From Squalus acanthias (Eukaryota), in assembly GCA_030390025.1 (NCBI GenBank), contig CM059438.1, forward strand, positions 63,986,001-64,050,000: 64,000 nucleotides of DNA, written 5' to 3'. The first letter of the stretch is position 1. Every line of letters starts with the position of its first letter. A program made the position numbers and the translations under genes. Of this stretch, positions 37,064 to 50,093 are shown one piece after another. The notes under the pieces are model-generated. The model did not search any database and had not been told where the DNA came from. It was given only the letters and a program-made list of their open reading frames with translations.

Positions 37064-40000
37064 TTGTATTCTATGCCACGGCTAATAAAGGCAAGCATTC
37101 CGTATGCCTTCTAAACCACCTTATCTACCTGGCCTGCTACCTTCAGGGATCTGTGGACATGCACGCCATGTTCCTCTGCACTTCTCAGTGTCCTACCATT
37201 TAATGTGTATTACCTTTCCTTGTTAGCCCTCCCCAAATGCATTACCTCACACTTCTCCGGATTCAATTCCATTTGCTATTGTTCTGCCCACCTGACCAAT
37301 TTATTGATATATTCCTGCAGTCTACAGCTTCCTTCTTCAGTATCAACCACACAGCCGATTTTAGTATCATCTGCAAACTTCTTAATCATACCCCCTATAT
37401 TCAAGTCTAGATAATTAATATATACCACAAAAAGCAAGGGACCTAGTACTGAGCCCTGCGGAACCCCACTGGAAATAGCCTTCCAGTCACAAAAACACCC
37501 ATCAATCATTTCCCTCTGCTTCCTGCCTCTGAGCCAGTTTTGAATCCAACTTGACACTGTGCCCTGGATCCCATGGGCTTTTCACTTCATGACCAGTCTG
37601 CCATGTGGAACCTTATCAAAAGCCTTGCTAAAGTCCATATACACTACATCAAACGCACTGCCCTCATCTACCCTCCTTGTTACCTCCTCAAAACATTCAA
37701 TCAAGTTTGTCAGACACGACCTTCCCTTAACAAATCCGTGCTGACTATCCTTGATTAATCTGTGTCTTTCTAAATGAAGATTTATCCTGTCTTTCAGAAT
37801 TCTTTCCAATAATTTTCCCACCACCGAAGTTAGGCTGACTGGCCTGTAGTTACTCGGTCTATCCTTTTCTCCTTTTTTAAACAAGGGTACCACATTAGCA
37901 GTCCTCCAGTACTCCGGCACCACACCTGAAGCCAGAGAGGATTGGAAAATAATGGTCAGGGCCTCTGCAATTTCCTCTTTTGCTTCGCTTAACAGCCTGG
38001 GATACATTTCATCCGGGCCTGGGGATTTATCCACTTTTAAATCTGTTAAACCCCTTAATACTTCCTCTCTCACTATGTTTATGTCATCTAATATTTCACA
38101 CTCCTCCCCCCCGATAGCAATGTCTGCTTCGCCCCTCTCCTTTGTGAAAACAGACGCAAAGTATTCATTAAGAACCCTACCGAAGTCTCCCGCCTCCACA
38201 CACAGATTACCCTCATGATCTCTAATAGGCCCTACCCTTTCTTTAGTTATCCTCTTACTCTTAATATATTTATAAAACATCTTTGGATTTTCCTTGATTT
38301 TACTTGCCAAGAATTTTTCCTGCTCTCTCTTTGCTTTCCTAATATCCTTTTTAATTGCACCCCTGCACTTTCTGTACTCCTCTAAAGATTCTGGAGTATT
38401 TAGCCCTCGGTATCTGTCATACACCTCCCTTTTTTTCTTTATCCTACCCTGTATGTCCCTAGAGGCTCTAGATTTGTTAGTCTCACCTTTTTTCTTTAAG
38501 GGCACATATTTGGTCTGAACCCTCCGGATCTCCTCCTTGAATGCCTCCCACTGCTCTGACACTGATTTACCTTCAAGTAGCTGTTTCCAGTCCACTATGG
38601 TTAAATCCCCTCTGAGCTTAGCAAAATTTGCTTTTCCCTAATTTAGAATTTTTATTCCTGGTCTAACCTTGTCCTTTTCCATAACTACCTTAAATCGAAC
38701 AGAATTATGGTCACTAGCACCAAAATGCTCCCCCACTGATATGTCTTCTACCTGCCCAGCTTCATTCCCTAAAACTAAGTCCAGAACCGCCACCTCCCTT
38801 GTTGGGCTTGCTACATACTGGCTAAAAAAGTTCTCCTGGATGCATTTTAGGAATTCCGCTCCCTCTATACCCTTCACACTAATTTTATCCCAGTTAATAT
38901 TGGGGTAGTTGAAATCCCCTATTATTACTGCCCTATAGTTTTTGCACTTCTCAGAAATTTGTCTACATATTTGCTCTTCTATCTCCCTCTCACTGTTTGG
39001 GGGCCTGTAGTACACTCCCAGCAGTGTGATCGCCCCTTTTTTGTTTTTCAATTTGACCCATATGGCCTCGTTTGATGATCCCTCCAACATATCATCCCTC
39101 CTTACAGCTGTAATAGTTTCTTTAATCAATACCGTGGACCCCCTCCCTTTTTACCTCCCTCTCTATCCCGTCTGAAAATCCTGTAACCAGGAATGTTGAG
39201 CTGCCATACCTGCCCCTCTTTCAGCCACGTCTCTGTAATAGCTATAATATCATAGTCCCAAGTATCTACCTGTGCCCTCAGCTCATCTACTTTGTTTGCT
39301 ATACTCCTTGCATTGAAGTATATACCATTTAGTACAGGCAGACCTCCTTGTTGACTACTATCTAGCCCTTGGTTCCTCTGTCCTTCCAATTTACTTTCTA
39401 TGTTTTTGTTTTCCAATTCCAGTTTTTCTTCCCTCCCTACTGACTCTATTCTTAGGTTCCCATCCCCCTGCCAAGCTAGTTTAAACCCTCCCCAACAGCA
39501 CTAGCAAACCCTCCTGCGAGGATATTGGTCCCATTCCCATTGAGGTGCAACCCGTCTGGCTTGTAGAGGTCCCACCTCCCCCAGAAACTGTTCCAATTCC
39601 TCAGGAATCTAAAGCCCTCCTTCCTACACCATCTCTCCAGCCATGCATTCATCTGCTCTATCTTCCTATTTCTGTACTCACTAGCACATGGCACTGGTAG
39701 TAATCCGGAGATTACTACCTTTGAGGTCCTGCTTTTTAACCTCTTTCCTAGCTCCTTAAATTCTGCCTGCAGGAGCTCATCCCTCTTTCTACCTATGTCG
39801 TTGGTACCGATATGGACCACGACCTCTGGCTGTTCACCCTCCCCCCTCAGAATGCCCTACAGCCGTTCAGTGACATCCTTGACCCTGGAACCAGGGAGGC
39901 AACATACCATCCTGGAGTCACGTCTGCAGCCGCAGAAACGCCTGTCTGCTGCCCTAACTATTGAATCCCCTATCACTATTGCTCTCCCTCTCCTCTTCCC

Positions 40001-40100
40001 CCCCCCCCCGCCCCCCACCCTGTGCAGCTGAGCCTTCCATGATGCTGTGGACTTGGCTCTGGCTGCACTCCCCAGAGGAACCATCACCCTCACCAGTACT

Positions 40101-41548
40101 TGAAGGGATAATTACAAGTCCTAGCCCTTTTCGGGCTACCCCAGATCAGGCTTATTCCCCAGACGTTCACCTTCAACTAAAGTTAGCGGTAGCCGAATCC
40201 TAGAGACACTTAATTGGGTCCAAAGGTTCAGACTATCTCTCCCTAAAGGAAAGGAACGGCCTGAAGATGTTACCGTCCCCCGGATAGCACTTTTAATAAG
40301 TTTAACTAGACTGTAACCTTCCGGATATTATGAGGGTCCGGAAAACCCCCCAGAATTCTGCAACTCCTCACTGAAGAGTGTACAGAAATTGAGTTTACGA
40401 GATTGATACAGAAATACTCTTTGAGACAATTTAAAAAATATATAGATTTATTAAAGAACCGACATCTAGTTAACAGCTGGTATGGCAATCGCAACTTTAA
40501 CCATTCAAAATACAAATACCTTACATTTCTTATCAGAGATCCTTATTCTCAAATCTTAACTTCGTTACATTTCCACACTTCTACTTATTTCTTAATCCAG
40601 AATATCCACCAAAATCAAATACCTTGATTACCTGAGACTCAGATTTGTAGGCCTACAGAGTGGTTCTGAAGGCAAGAATCGCTCTGCCCCTTCCCAGCGA
40701 CTTCTGTTTTCTCATTTGAAAAGCTCTTATTTTTATACTCTTTTTTAGTGGTATATTCTTTGAAGTTTCTTTTGATGTCAGCTAATTATCTCTAGTGATA
40801 CTCTATTGAATTCTTTTCTATTCTTACTGTCATTTCAGCTGCCAACTTTTAGAATTCTGTCTCTACCTTTAGTTGTTTCAAAAACTATCATAAAATGGTT
40901 ATTACAGATTTATCTTTTGATGCTATTCTTAGGAAGTCTTTCTATTGAATTCTTAATATCACTTAACTGCTTGTAAGCCAGACGTCGTGACTCCGTGGTG
41001 TTCCAAGTTTAACACATAAACAACGTGATTGCTTGGTGTCATCTATTGATATTATATTTTCAAAGCCTCTCTGTAGGTATCTTTTACAATATGTAAATCA
41101 AAACCACTTCTCTTAGGGTGTTTACTTATTTTCTTGCTATCTCAATTGGTTGCATATTTAATTGTGTTTCCTGTCTTATTTGATGTTACTTTATGAAGGC
41201 ATATGGTTGTTTAATGTTCTAAGTTTCTGTTTCCCTGAGTGTTAGCTTATAACACTTTACTTGGGTCATTCCATTGTGTTTCTCCCAAACTCCAGACCTT
41301 CTGGAAGTGCCAATGGTTGGCTTCAATAGGGGCATTGTTTTTGTGTTTACAACCATCTCCCATTTCAAAGCTTGTGGTGTTTTACAGCTTTTGTGTACAC
41401 TTCACCTTATCTCAGAAGCCTGTATTGTGTTTGCAGCCTGTGTCGTTGAGGCTTTCCAGACTTTTAAACTCAGTATGTCTTGTATTAATAATATCAAAAT
41501 CTGTTCATAGGATGATGTATTTCTTGGAATATGGCTTATTCCATTACA
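40101..41548 (-). mobile_element. Solo LTR, long-LTR family copy 2 (1448 bp)
   Basis: TG...CA termini, perfect 4-bp TSD TACT, interrupts CR1 ORF1; TATAAA and AATAAA on the minus strand. Confidence 0.9.
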
Positions 41549-42879
41549 TACTCAGCACCGAATACTGGTTGGTGAGCAAGATGGGCTCAGGGGACTCCTG
41601 CACTACCTGCCTAGTCCTCCTCTTCTATCTGGCGGTCACCCATTCCCTCTCTGCCTGCACACTCTTAAGCTGTGGGGTGACCACCTCTTGAAACATGCTA
41701 TCCAGAGAGCTCTGAGCCTCGCGGATGCACAGCAGTGACTGCAGCTGCTGCTCAAGCTCCGTAACCAGGTGCTCGAGCTGCTGTAGCTGGCGACACTTCC
41801 CGCACATGTGGTCGTCCAGACCACGGGAGGTGTCCAGGACTTCCCACATGGCACAGGATGTGCATTCCACGGGTGTGAGCTGCCCTGCCATACCTCTAAT
41901 TAACAGACTATTTTCCTAACCTAGCTGGAATAAACTTAAAAAATTTAAGAAAGCCAAGCATAAACACTTACCAGGTACTCAACAATCAGCTCCCTCCCCT
42001 TGTGCCGATGTCACTTTTGACTTCTGACGTCACTCTTTGAAAATTCTGCCGGTGCTGAGTAGGTACCGCCGCCGCCTCACCGCTCCTCCCAGGTCCGCTC
42101 TGCCACCGCTGCTGCTGCTGCTGTGGGGGCTACCTGTGCCTCGGGCTCTCTTTATACCGCCGCCGCCGCCTCGCCGCTCCTCCCAGGTCCGCTCTGCCGC
42201 CACTGCTGCTGTTGCTTTTAGGAATTTTAAAAGCGAAGCGATTAAAATTAAAGCAGGTCCTAAATTCATAATAAGCATTCAGAAATCTAGTTCACCCCCT
42301 CGATGGCCCGGTTGGGAAACCCGCTGTCCAGTGCGATGCTGAGCCATACGGCCCAGAAGGCTCCTCCTTTGATACCTGCAGTGTATTTACTTTGCTGATG
42401 TCAGATGGGGCTTGGTTGGAGGGCTACAAGTGGCCTGGGCTAGGGAGGAGGGAAAATAACTCAGACAGGCTTCTCGCTCCTGATTACCATTCAGCGACCG
42501 CCACCGGAGAGTACCTGGGCACCTGCACTGGGTGAATACAGAAGCAGGCTCGGGCACGATGACCGCTACAGGGAACAGTTCAGCCAAGGCTCACTGTCAA
42601 GGCTCACACGTGACAAACGGTCACTTCCGCGGGCTCTCAGAAGCACCCATGGAATCGAACTCCAGCAACAGTCGCCAGTCGTCCCCTTCAGGAGAAGAGG
42701 GACGAAAGTGAATTAAAAAACCAGAGGCGGGGAAAGTTAGGAAACTCAGTACATCGGGTTCTTTTTTTTTGTCTGCTTACGCTCCTGTGAAGCGCCTTGG
42801 GACATTTTACTTCGTTAAAGGTGCATTATCAAAGCTAGTTGTTGTTGTTGTATAGGGACTTGAGACGGTCACCTTGGGA

Positions 42880-44005
42880 AGCTGATTGTGAATCTTTGGA
42901 ATTCTCTGCCCCAGAGGGCTGTTGAATGCTGAGTCTTTGAGTATATTCAAGGCTGAGATAGATAGATTTTGGACTCTAGGGGGGAGAAATTCAGTATCGC
43001 CCCATTTGGGGCGCAATTATCGGCCGGGCGCAAAGATTAGCGCCTGGCGCTAATTATCGCCACCGACTGCAAACTTGACTTTTATCGCCCCTGGAGGTGA
43101 TTGGAGCGCTATATCAGGCGCTTCACACCTGTCTTAAGGCGCAAAGGCCGAGGAGCGAGGCGCTACCTCAGAGCGCTGGCGAAGCTCATGTAATGTCAGT
43201 CAGCAATGGAACACACACACAATGGCACGGGCCAGTTCTTAAAGGGGATGGTTAATCTTGCTTTCCATCCACATCCTGCTCATTGCAGCCTTGAATCTCG
43301 GCCTGGAGCGACCTGCACATCAAATGTGCTGGAAAGAACAATGGAGAGTACTAGGCCAAGAGCTCAGAGTGCAGCCCCCACAGTCTCTGCTAAATCGATA
43401 CAAGGAATGGCAAATCAAAATGAACCTGCAAAGTGCTGCTCAGTACCCAAAACTCCTTCACACAACGTTGAATCTCTCCAGAAGTCTCTCCCTCTCTCTC
43501 TCAGAATGCGTAGTTCAAAAATGGCACCAACAATAAAAGGCAGGAAGCGGTCACCTTTAAATAGCGCTCCCCCTTTCCCTTCATGACTGCAGAACGCTCC
43601 CCTCAACCTGTCGTTGCTAGCGTCAGGCGGTAAGGCAGGGGGCGCCACTCAATATCCGCTCCGGGGCGATACCGGGGCGTTGCGCACTCGAGTGACGTCA
43701 TGATCTGCCGGCGCAGGAGATCGTGGCGGTAGTGTTTAGCGCCGCCGCAAAATGTGTAGTTAATTTCGCGAGCGGTGCAAACTTCGCCGCGCCTGGGCGC
43801 TAGATGCTTTGCGCCCCATTAGCGCCCTCTTAAGGCGCTAACGGGAGGCGCAACCAACTGAATTTTTCCCCCTAGGGGAATCAAGGGATATGGAGATCGG
43901 GTGGGAAAGTGGAGTTGAGGCTGATGATCAGCAATGATCTTATTGAATGGCGGAGCAGGTTCGAGGGACCGTAAGGCCTACTCCTGCTCTCATTTCTTAT
44001 GTTCT
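42880..44005 (+). mobile_element. CR1 3' fragment split by a non-autonomous Harbinger element
   Basis: GTGAATCTTTGGAATTCTCTGCCCCAGAGG.. resumes after 43875; TTCTTATG tail. Confidence 0.8.
42980..43872. mobile_element. Non-autonomous Harbinger element
   Basis: TIR GGGGGAGAAATTCAGT / ACTGAATTTTTCCCCC, TSD TAG/TAG, many subterminal GGCGC/GCGCC motifs. Confidence 0.88.
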
Positions 44006-44270
44006 TATATACCTCAGGTGATGGGAAAGGTTACAAACCTGTCCGCAAGGATTTTTGCTTCAACAAAAGGTATTCTATTTTGGACAGAGTAAGTAATTTG
44101 CTGCGGCATCTGCTTATTATCACCGCCTTGGTGATCGTTTATGTGGGACTCCGGCAACAAATCGCATTATGCACGTTAAGCGTTGAAAGTGGCGGGATAT
44201 CGTTTTAAGGATGGAGTGATTTGGTTTCCTAATGGCAATGTTGGAGATGACGACATATTCCAAAAAATAG

Positions 44271-44495
44271 TTGCCATGATGTGGAGATGCCGGTGTTGGA
44301 CTGGGGTGGACAAAAGTGAGAAGTCGCACAACACCAGGTTATAGTCCAACAGCTTTATTTGAAATCACAAGCTTTCAGAGCGCTGCTCCTTCGTCAGACT
44401 TCACCTGACGAAGGAGCAGCGCTCCGAAAGCTTGTGATTTCAAATAAAGCTGTTGGACTATAACCTGGTGTTGTGCGACTTCTCACTTTTGTCCA
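44271..44495. mobile_element. Palindromic PLE remnant (family B) with hammerheads on both strands
   Basis: 91-bp arms 44307-44397 and 44405-44495, one mismatch, 7-nt loop; TSD TCCAAAAAATAG at 44259-44270 and 44492-44503. Confidence 0.9.
44400..44437 (+). ncRNA. Minimal type I hammerhead ribozyme (family B)
   Basis: TCAC-CTGACGA-A-GGAGC-AGC-GCTCC-GAAA-GCTT-GTGA. Confidence 0.85.
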
Positions 44496-44574
44496 AAAAA
44501 TAGGGAAGTGTACTGAGGCTAACAGGGGTCCTTAGAACTTTGAGAGCCAAAAATGGCAATAGTTCTCAGCTGCT

Positions 44575-44955
44575 CTCGCACCAAGTCCCGTTCACCCTTC
44601 ACCCCTGTGCTCGTTGACATACATTGGCTCCCAGTCCTCGAATGCCTCTAATTTAAAATTCTCATCCTTGTGTTCAAATCCCTCCATGACCTTGCCCTCC
44701 CTATCTCTGTAACCTCCTACAAGCCGCTTGTCCATCCCCCGCTTCCTTCACACAACCATTGGTGGCCGTGCCTTCAGCTGCCGAGGTCCTGAGCTCTGGA
44801 ATTCCCTGCCTAAACCTCGCTGCCTCTCCAACTCTCTATCCTCCTTTAAACCTACCTCTCCGACCAAGCTTTTGGTCACCTGTCCCAATGCTCCTGTGAA
44901 GCACCTTGGGATGTTTTATGACGTGAAAGGCGCTATATAAATGCAAGCTGTTGTT
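44575..44955 (+). mobile_element. L2 LINE 3' fragment
   Basis: TPVL..HWLP..FKILILVFKSLH..GGRAFSC..LWNSLP; tail GAAAGGCGCTATATAAATGCAAG. Confidence 0.8.
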
Positions 44956-45124
44956 TATCTGTTGAAAACTGCCTGATGTGGACAAGCCGTTTCGATATTG
45001 TGCTGTGATAAGGGTGTCATCTGACAGGAATTTGTGTGGTTAGCACGCAAAAATAGGAGAAAATTGAGAACAAAAGAAATAAGTTAGAGTTTTAACAGTT
45101 TATAGAAGAGCATAACTTCTTCGA

Positions 45125-45310
45125 AACTGTTAAATCTCTAACTTCTTCCAGTTCCGATAAAAGGTCATCGACCTGAAACGTTAACTCTGAATTCCTCTCT
45201 CCACAGGTGCTGCCTGACCTGATGAGCGTTTCCAACATTTCCCACTGTGGTTGACAAGAGCCTCGACCGTGTCCGATTTCCAATTCCCAGCTTCCGCAGT
45301 ACTTTGCTTT
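45125..45310 (+). mobile_element. PLE family A 3' remnant with degenerate hammerhead
   Basis: Matches reverse complement of 2830-2965; core is CCGATAA instead of CTGATGA. Confidence 0.75.
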
Positions 45311-45821
45311 CATTTGAGAGCAAGAGAAACTTCATTTCAGGGAACAAGAAATCACGCGATAAGATTTTACTTTAATAAAACCTGTTCTGGCATAAAAGTT
45401 TACGGGAAGTTAACCCTGGTCTAGAGATTAAAGGAAGAAAAATCATTGGGTAGGAGAAATTGTAAAAGGGATTCAAGATTGATTAATAACCTCAGTGAAA
45501 AAGTATACGAGGATCTGCCTGTGAACTAATGCAGTTATCTCTGTTTGGCAGGACAGTTGCATGAGACAAATTACTTTGTAGTCTTATTTTAAAAGAGTAT
45601 TCCATCCTCACACTGCCCGAAGTAACACGAGATTTAGATTTATTACTCGGCTGTACTTATGCAGACCCCGAGTTCATAATAATTACTGGTAGCTCATTTT
45701 TAAAGTGATTTTTTATTAAAAAAATATTAATTTGGGGTGTTTGGAAATTTGACTACTACTCGTGCGTCTCCCTTCTTATTGGTCCTGATTCAAGAAGACC
45801 TTTGTGTGTTCAAATCTAATC

Positions 45822-46270
45822 CGTGTTAGCTGTGGCTCAGTGGGTAGCACTCTCGCTTCTGAAGGTTGTGGGTTCAAGTCCCGCTTCAGGGACTTGAGCA
45901 CAGAAAGCTAGGCTGACACTCCAGTGGAGTGCTGCACTGTCGGAGGTGCCGTCTTTCGGATGAGACGTTAAATTGAGGCCCCGTCTGCTCTCTCAGGTGA
46001 ACGTAAAAGATCCCATGGCACTATTTTGAAGAAGAGCAGAGGAGTTATCCCCTGGGGCCACTATTTATCCCTCAACCAGCATAACAAAAACAGATTATCT
46101 GGTCATTATCACATTGCTGTTTGTGGGAGCTTGCTGTGCGCAACTTGGCTGCCGCGTTTCCCACATTACAACAGTGACTACACTTCAAAAAGTACTTCAT
46201 TGGCTGTAAAGCGCTTTGAGACGTCCGGTGGTCGTGAAAGGCGCTATAGAAATGCAAGTCTTTCTTTTCA
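45822..46270 (+). mobile_element. Deu-SINE, full length
   Basis: A-box TGGCTCAGTGG, B-box GGTTCAAGTCC, Deu core, tail. Confidence 0.9.
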
Positions 46271-47199
46271 TTGTGTCTGTTGTATTGAGGCTTTTTTGAG
46301 TCTTTCAAACTGTTCAACTGATGAGGAAGGTCTTGTATCGGAAGCAATCTCTTTATAGGTGCTGACTGAAGTCTTGTGTACGTCCATCATTTTCGATTTA
46401 TGGTTCACATTTCCAACACTTGCAAGTTTAAAAAAAAAATTCTCTTCCTCGTGGTCAGCTCCCTCTCTGTAACCTCCATAACCAGCCCTACAACACTCCG
46501 AGAACTCCGCATTCCTCCAACTCCGGCCTTTAGTGCATCCACACTCCCTTCGTCCTAGTTACACTGGTTTATAGTAGACAGTTTCTTAGGAAATTAAAAA
46601 TAACTATTTAAGAGCGATTAAAACGTGCCTATTAGTGCCCTTAATGTCCTCAAAATTCCTTTAAAAAAAAGCTCAATTTCTTCGAAGGCCCGCAAACGGA
46701 CGCAATTAGCAGAAACTCGCAATGGTGATTAATTCGATCTGGGGGCATGGCCAGCTTTGTGGGCGGGACCGGCTTCTCGTGCAATGTTTTTTAAACTAGT
46801 ACAAAAGATCACAGAAACTCGATTTGCGCTGGATTGAATTTGCACTTGAAATTCCGTGAACTTTTGCGGTGGTTTGGTCGATTTCGGGTGAATTGCGCTG
46901 AAAAAACTAACACAACCTAGCGTAAACTCCTGCCCGGTAGATCACGACTACTGTAACTTCTATCCATAGTCAAGCACAGCTTGCTCCCTGACTGTTCCTC
47001 TGTTCTGGTATTAACAGAAAACAGAACCGTTGAGAGACTTCAGAGCCCGGTTACACATGGAGCTACCCAGACAGCCCACAGTGAACAAACCACAGCCACA
47101 GCAACAGAGTGCAACAGATAATCAACTGAAGGGTGAACTAGCAGAGCCGCTGATGGCAAAGGCTTTCATCACCACCATGAATAACAAACCACCCGCCAT

Positions 47200-48735
47200 A
47201 AACTTGAGCTCAGTCAAAAACTCTGCTGCCCGTCTCCTAACTCGCTCCAAGTCCCATTTGAAAGGATATTTACCTGTCCTAGCCCCTTTGGGGCTATCCT
47301 GGATCAGGTGTATTTCTCAAACGTTCTCTTTCAACTAAAGTTTGAGGTAGCCGAATCCTAAAGACGCTTAACTGGGTCTAAAGGTCTGGGCAATCTCTCC
47401 CTAAAGGAAAGGAACAACCCGAGAATGTTACCGTCCTCCAGATAGCACTTTTAATAAGTTTAGCCAGACTGTAACGTCCCGGATATTATGAGGGTCCGGA
47501 AAACTCCCCTCAGATATGTAACTCTCCACCAAAGAGTGTACAGAGATTGAGTTCGCGAGTTATTGATACAGAAGACTTATGTGAGACAATTCTAAAAATA
47601 TATAGAGATTTATTAAAAGAACCGACATGCAATTTACAGTTGGTGAATCAGTCAATCGCAACATTAACAGTTCTAAAAAGAGAAAAAATATGATCTTATT
47701 ATTAACAGAGAATCTTACTTTTAAATCTTAACTTCGCTACAGTATTGCAGTTCTTAAAGTTTTCTATACAGGATATCTATCAACATCAAATACCTTTGAT
47801 CCCCGAGGTACAAAGAGTGGAAGACCACAGAGCTACCTCTGTAGTTGAGAATCACTTTGCCCGATTAAAGCGAGTCTGCTATCTCATTTGAGACTTCAAT
47901 ATTTATACCCTTTTTCAGTTGTATTTCCTTTAACGTTTCTGCTGATGCAAATTAATTATCCCTATTCATCTTTCTGCTGACCTCTGCAATTCTTTACTGC
48001 TACATCAGCTTGTAATATTCCAGAATCTTGTCTCATCTCCAGGTGTTCTGGGTTCACCATATAAAATGGTGTGAAGGGCAGGTGTCCCTTATTTTATGTC
48101 ATTTTATGAGGGCAGATGTTACTTATCGTATGTGCCATCTTTACGAAGTTTAAATTAAAACACCTTATCCAGGGTGAACCATTGTTTTTGTTCCCAAATG
48201 TCAGCCTCTCGGAGCCATGCACCTTCTGTTTCAATAAGGTTATTTATTCAGGGTCAACAACTTGTCCTGTTTCAATAAGTCCAGAATTCTTTCATAAGAT
48301 AGTGTATTTTTCTAAATAGGTTACATGGCTTACTCCTTCACACGTTCACCCATCACTCCTGTGCCCGTTGATCTACATTGGCTCCTGGTCCGGTAAAACC
48401 TCGATTTTAAAATTCTCATCCTTGTTTACAAATCCCTCCATGTCCTCGCCCCTTCTATCCCTGTAACCTCCTCCAGCCCAACAACCCTTCAAGTTCTCTG
48501 CGCTCCTCCAATTCTGCCCTCTTGCACATCCTCTATTTTAATCTCTCCACCATTGGTAGCCATGCCTCCAGCTACCTCGGTCCTAAGCTATGGAATTCCC
48601 TCCCTAAACCTCTCCAGCTCTCTCTCCTCCTTTAAGAAGCTCCTTAAAACCTACCTCTTTGATCAAGCTTTTGCTCACCTGTCCTAATATCTTCTTATGA
48701 GGCTCGGGTGTCAACTTTTGTTTGATAACGCTCCT
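47200..48735 (+). mobile_element. L2 LINE 3' fragment split by solo LTR copy 3
   Basis: QNSAARLLTRSKS resumes at 48347 as PITPVPVDLHWL..FKILILVYKSLH. Confidence 0.8.
47259..48342 (-). mobile_element. Solo LTR, long-LTR family copy 3 (1084 bp)
   Basis: TG...CA termini, TSD CATT/CGTT (CpG-decay compatible), homologous to copies 1 and 2. Confidence 0.88.
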
Positions 48736-50093
48736 GACATGAATCTTGTCATTCATGTAGAAATGACTTATGAAGTAATATTGGGCGGCCTGCTGGTGGC
48801 GCAGTCCAGGGAGAGTATAAATACTCGGGCATGGGCCCAGCTTGCTCAGGACATTCCTTAACAGGAACTAGTGAAGGACACAACTAGATCTCCATGTTGA
48901 AAAACAGTTGATTAAAACTTTGTTTAACGCTTAGACCAACTGCCTAGTAGTTTTCTTACGTCAGCTCCTGTGAAGTACCTTGGGAAGTTTTACTACATTA
49001 AAGGCGCTATATAAATACAAGTGCTTGCTGTTGTTGTAACAACAAGGGTTGGTAGACTCGTGTGAAAACATTATTTATCGGTGGATTTATATGAACGGTT
49101 TATACTGGAACTGTTATCTTGATAGTTGATATATATTTTGATGTGCTGTTGTTGATGAAATGTTCTTATTTAAAAGACTTTTTTCTTTTGAAGAGGGCAT
49201 GTATAGATATTCAAAGTGAATATTGACACCAGTGTGTCAGGCAATGATTGGGGGCGGGGCGGGATTTGTGATTTTAATTTACTCATAAACTACAGCAAGC
49301 AGAATCTATTTACTCAGCAAACAGAGTCTCTACAGCAAACTCATGAACTAAAGCAGACAGAGGCCGGAATTTTTACATTGAAGAGAGGGCGGGTTCGCGA
49401 GCGGGTCGGCAGTTAAAAAGCATTGAAATTGACAGCGCTTTGGGCACCTGCAATCAACCCGCCAACTTCAGCCTTTAACTCGGGCACATTTCCCAGCGCA
49501 CCATGGACCCGCTCGGGAGAGGCGGACATTGAACTATTTAACAGCTTGTTGACAGACCCTTAAGAGGCTTTTTAACCTGAGGTTTCAGATTATACTGTTT
49601 GTGCACGGAATTCTCGGACTTCCTGAACCTCGCCTGTGAAGGCAAGGCGAGAGCTCAGCGACCATTGTGCGATTTCATTAAGTGACAGCTAGAAAAAGCA
49701 CATAAATACTCACACCTTATACCTGTAGCCCTGCCTAAGGGAAAGGCTCTGTCTGACAACATTTTGCGCAGAGATTTTGCTTTCAGGTGTTTGCAGGTGA
49801 TTTCTGCAACCTCGGAAGCCACTCTCACCACATTGCTAATCAATCTCAGTACATTGGAGGATTGTGCCTCTGATCTCCACTTTACCTGCCATCTACCAGA
49901 TCAGCATGGGTGGTGCTTATGATGTTTCACCTTGAACTTCAGATTCAGACCAAGATGAGCCCCAGCACCAACAGCACCAGCAGCAGCCTTCTTCACACTG
50001 ACCTGATGCTCCACAGGAGAGAGGGGATCAGCACAGGGGTACACCTTGCCAGAGGCGATACCCCCAACACAGGGTATACAGGCAGAGGATGAG

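Larger units (their letters stand above)
36175..42225 (-). mobile_element. Near full-length CR1 LINE, second subfamily, with nested PLE remnant and solo LTR
   Basis: ORF1 (CTSC..CGKC at 41625-41891; GDS/HIGTND/DGLH at 39476-40093), APE 38638-39416, RT 36261-38595; (ATTCTATG) tail; GC-rich 5' UTR. Confidence 0.92.

Noticed and set aside
42330..42700. Additional SINE family or old MITE remnants (also 28515-28660, 33230-33540, 46670-46935, 59690-60110, 63090-63330)
   Set aside because: Repeat-like but too degraded to define ends or TSDs from this window alone
45148..45190. Active hammerhead ribozyme
   Set aside because: Catalytic core mutated to CCGATAA; recorded only as a degenerate remnant
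45822..45900. tRNA genes (also 16193, 28783, 34886, 50450)
   Set aside because: A/B boxes continue into SINE or LINE bodies; no complete cloverleaf or terminator
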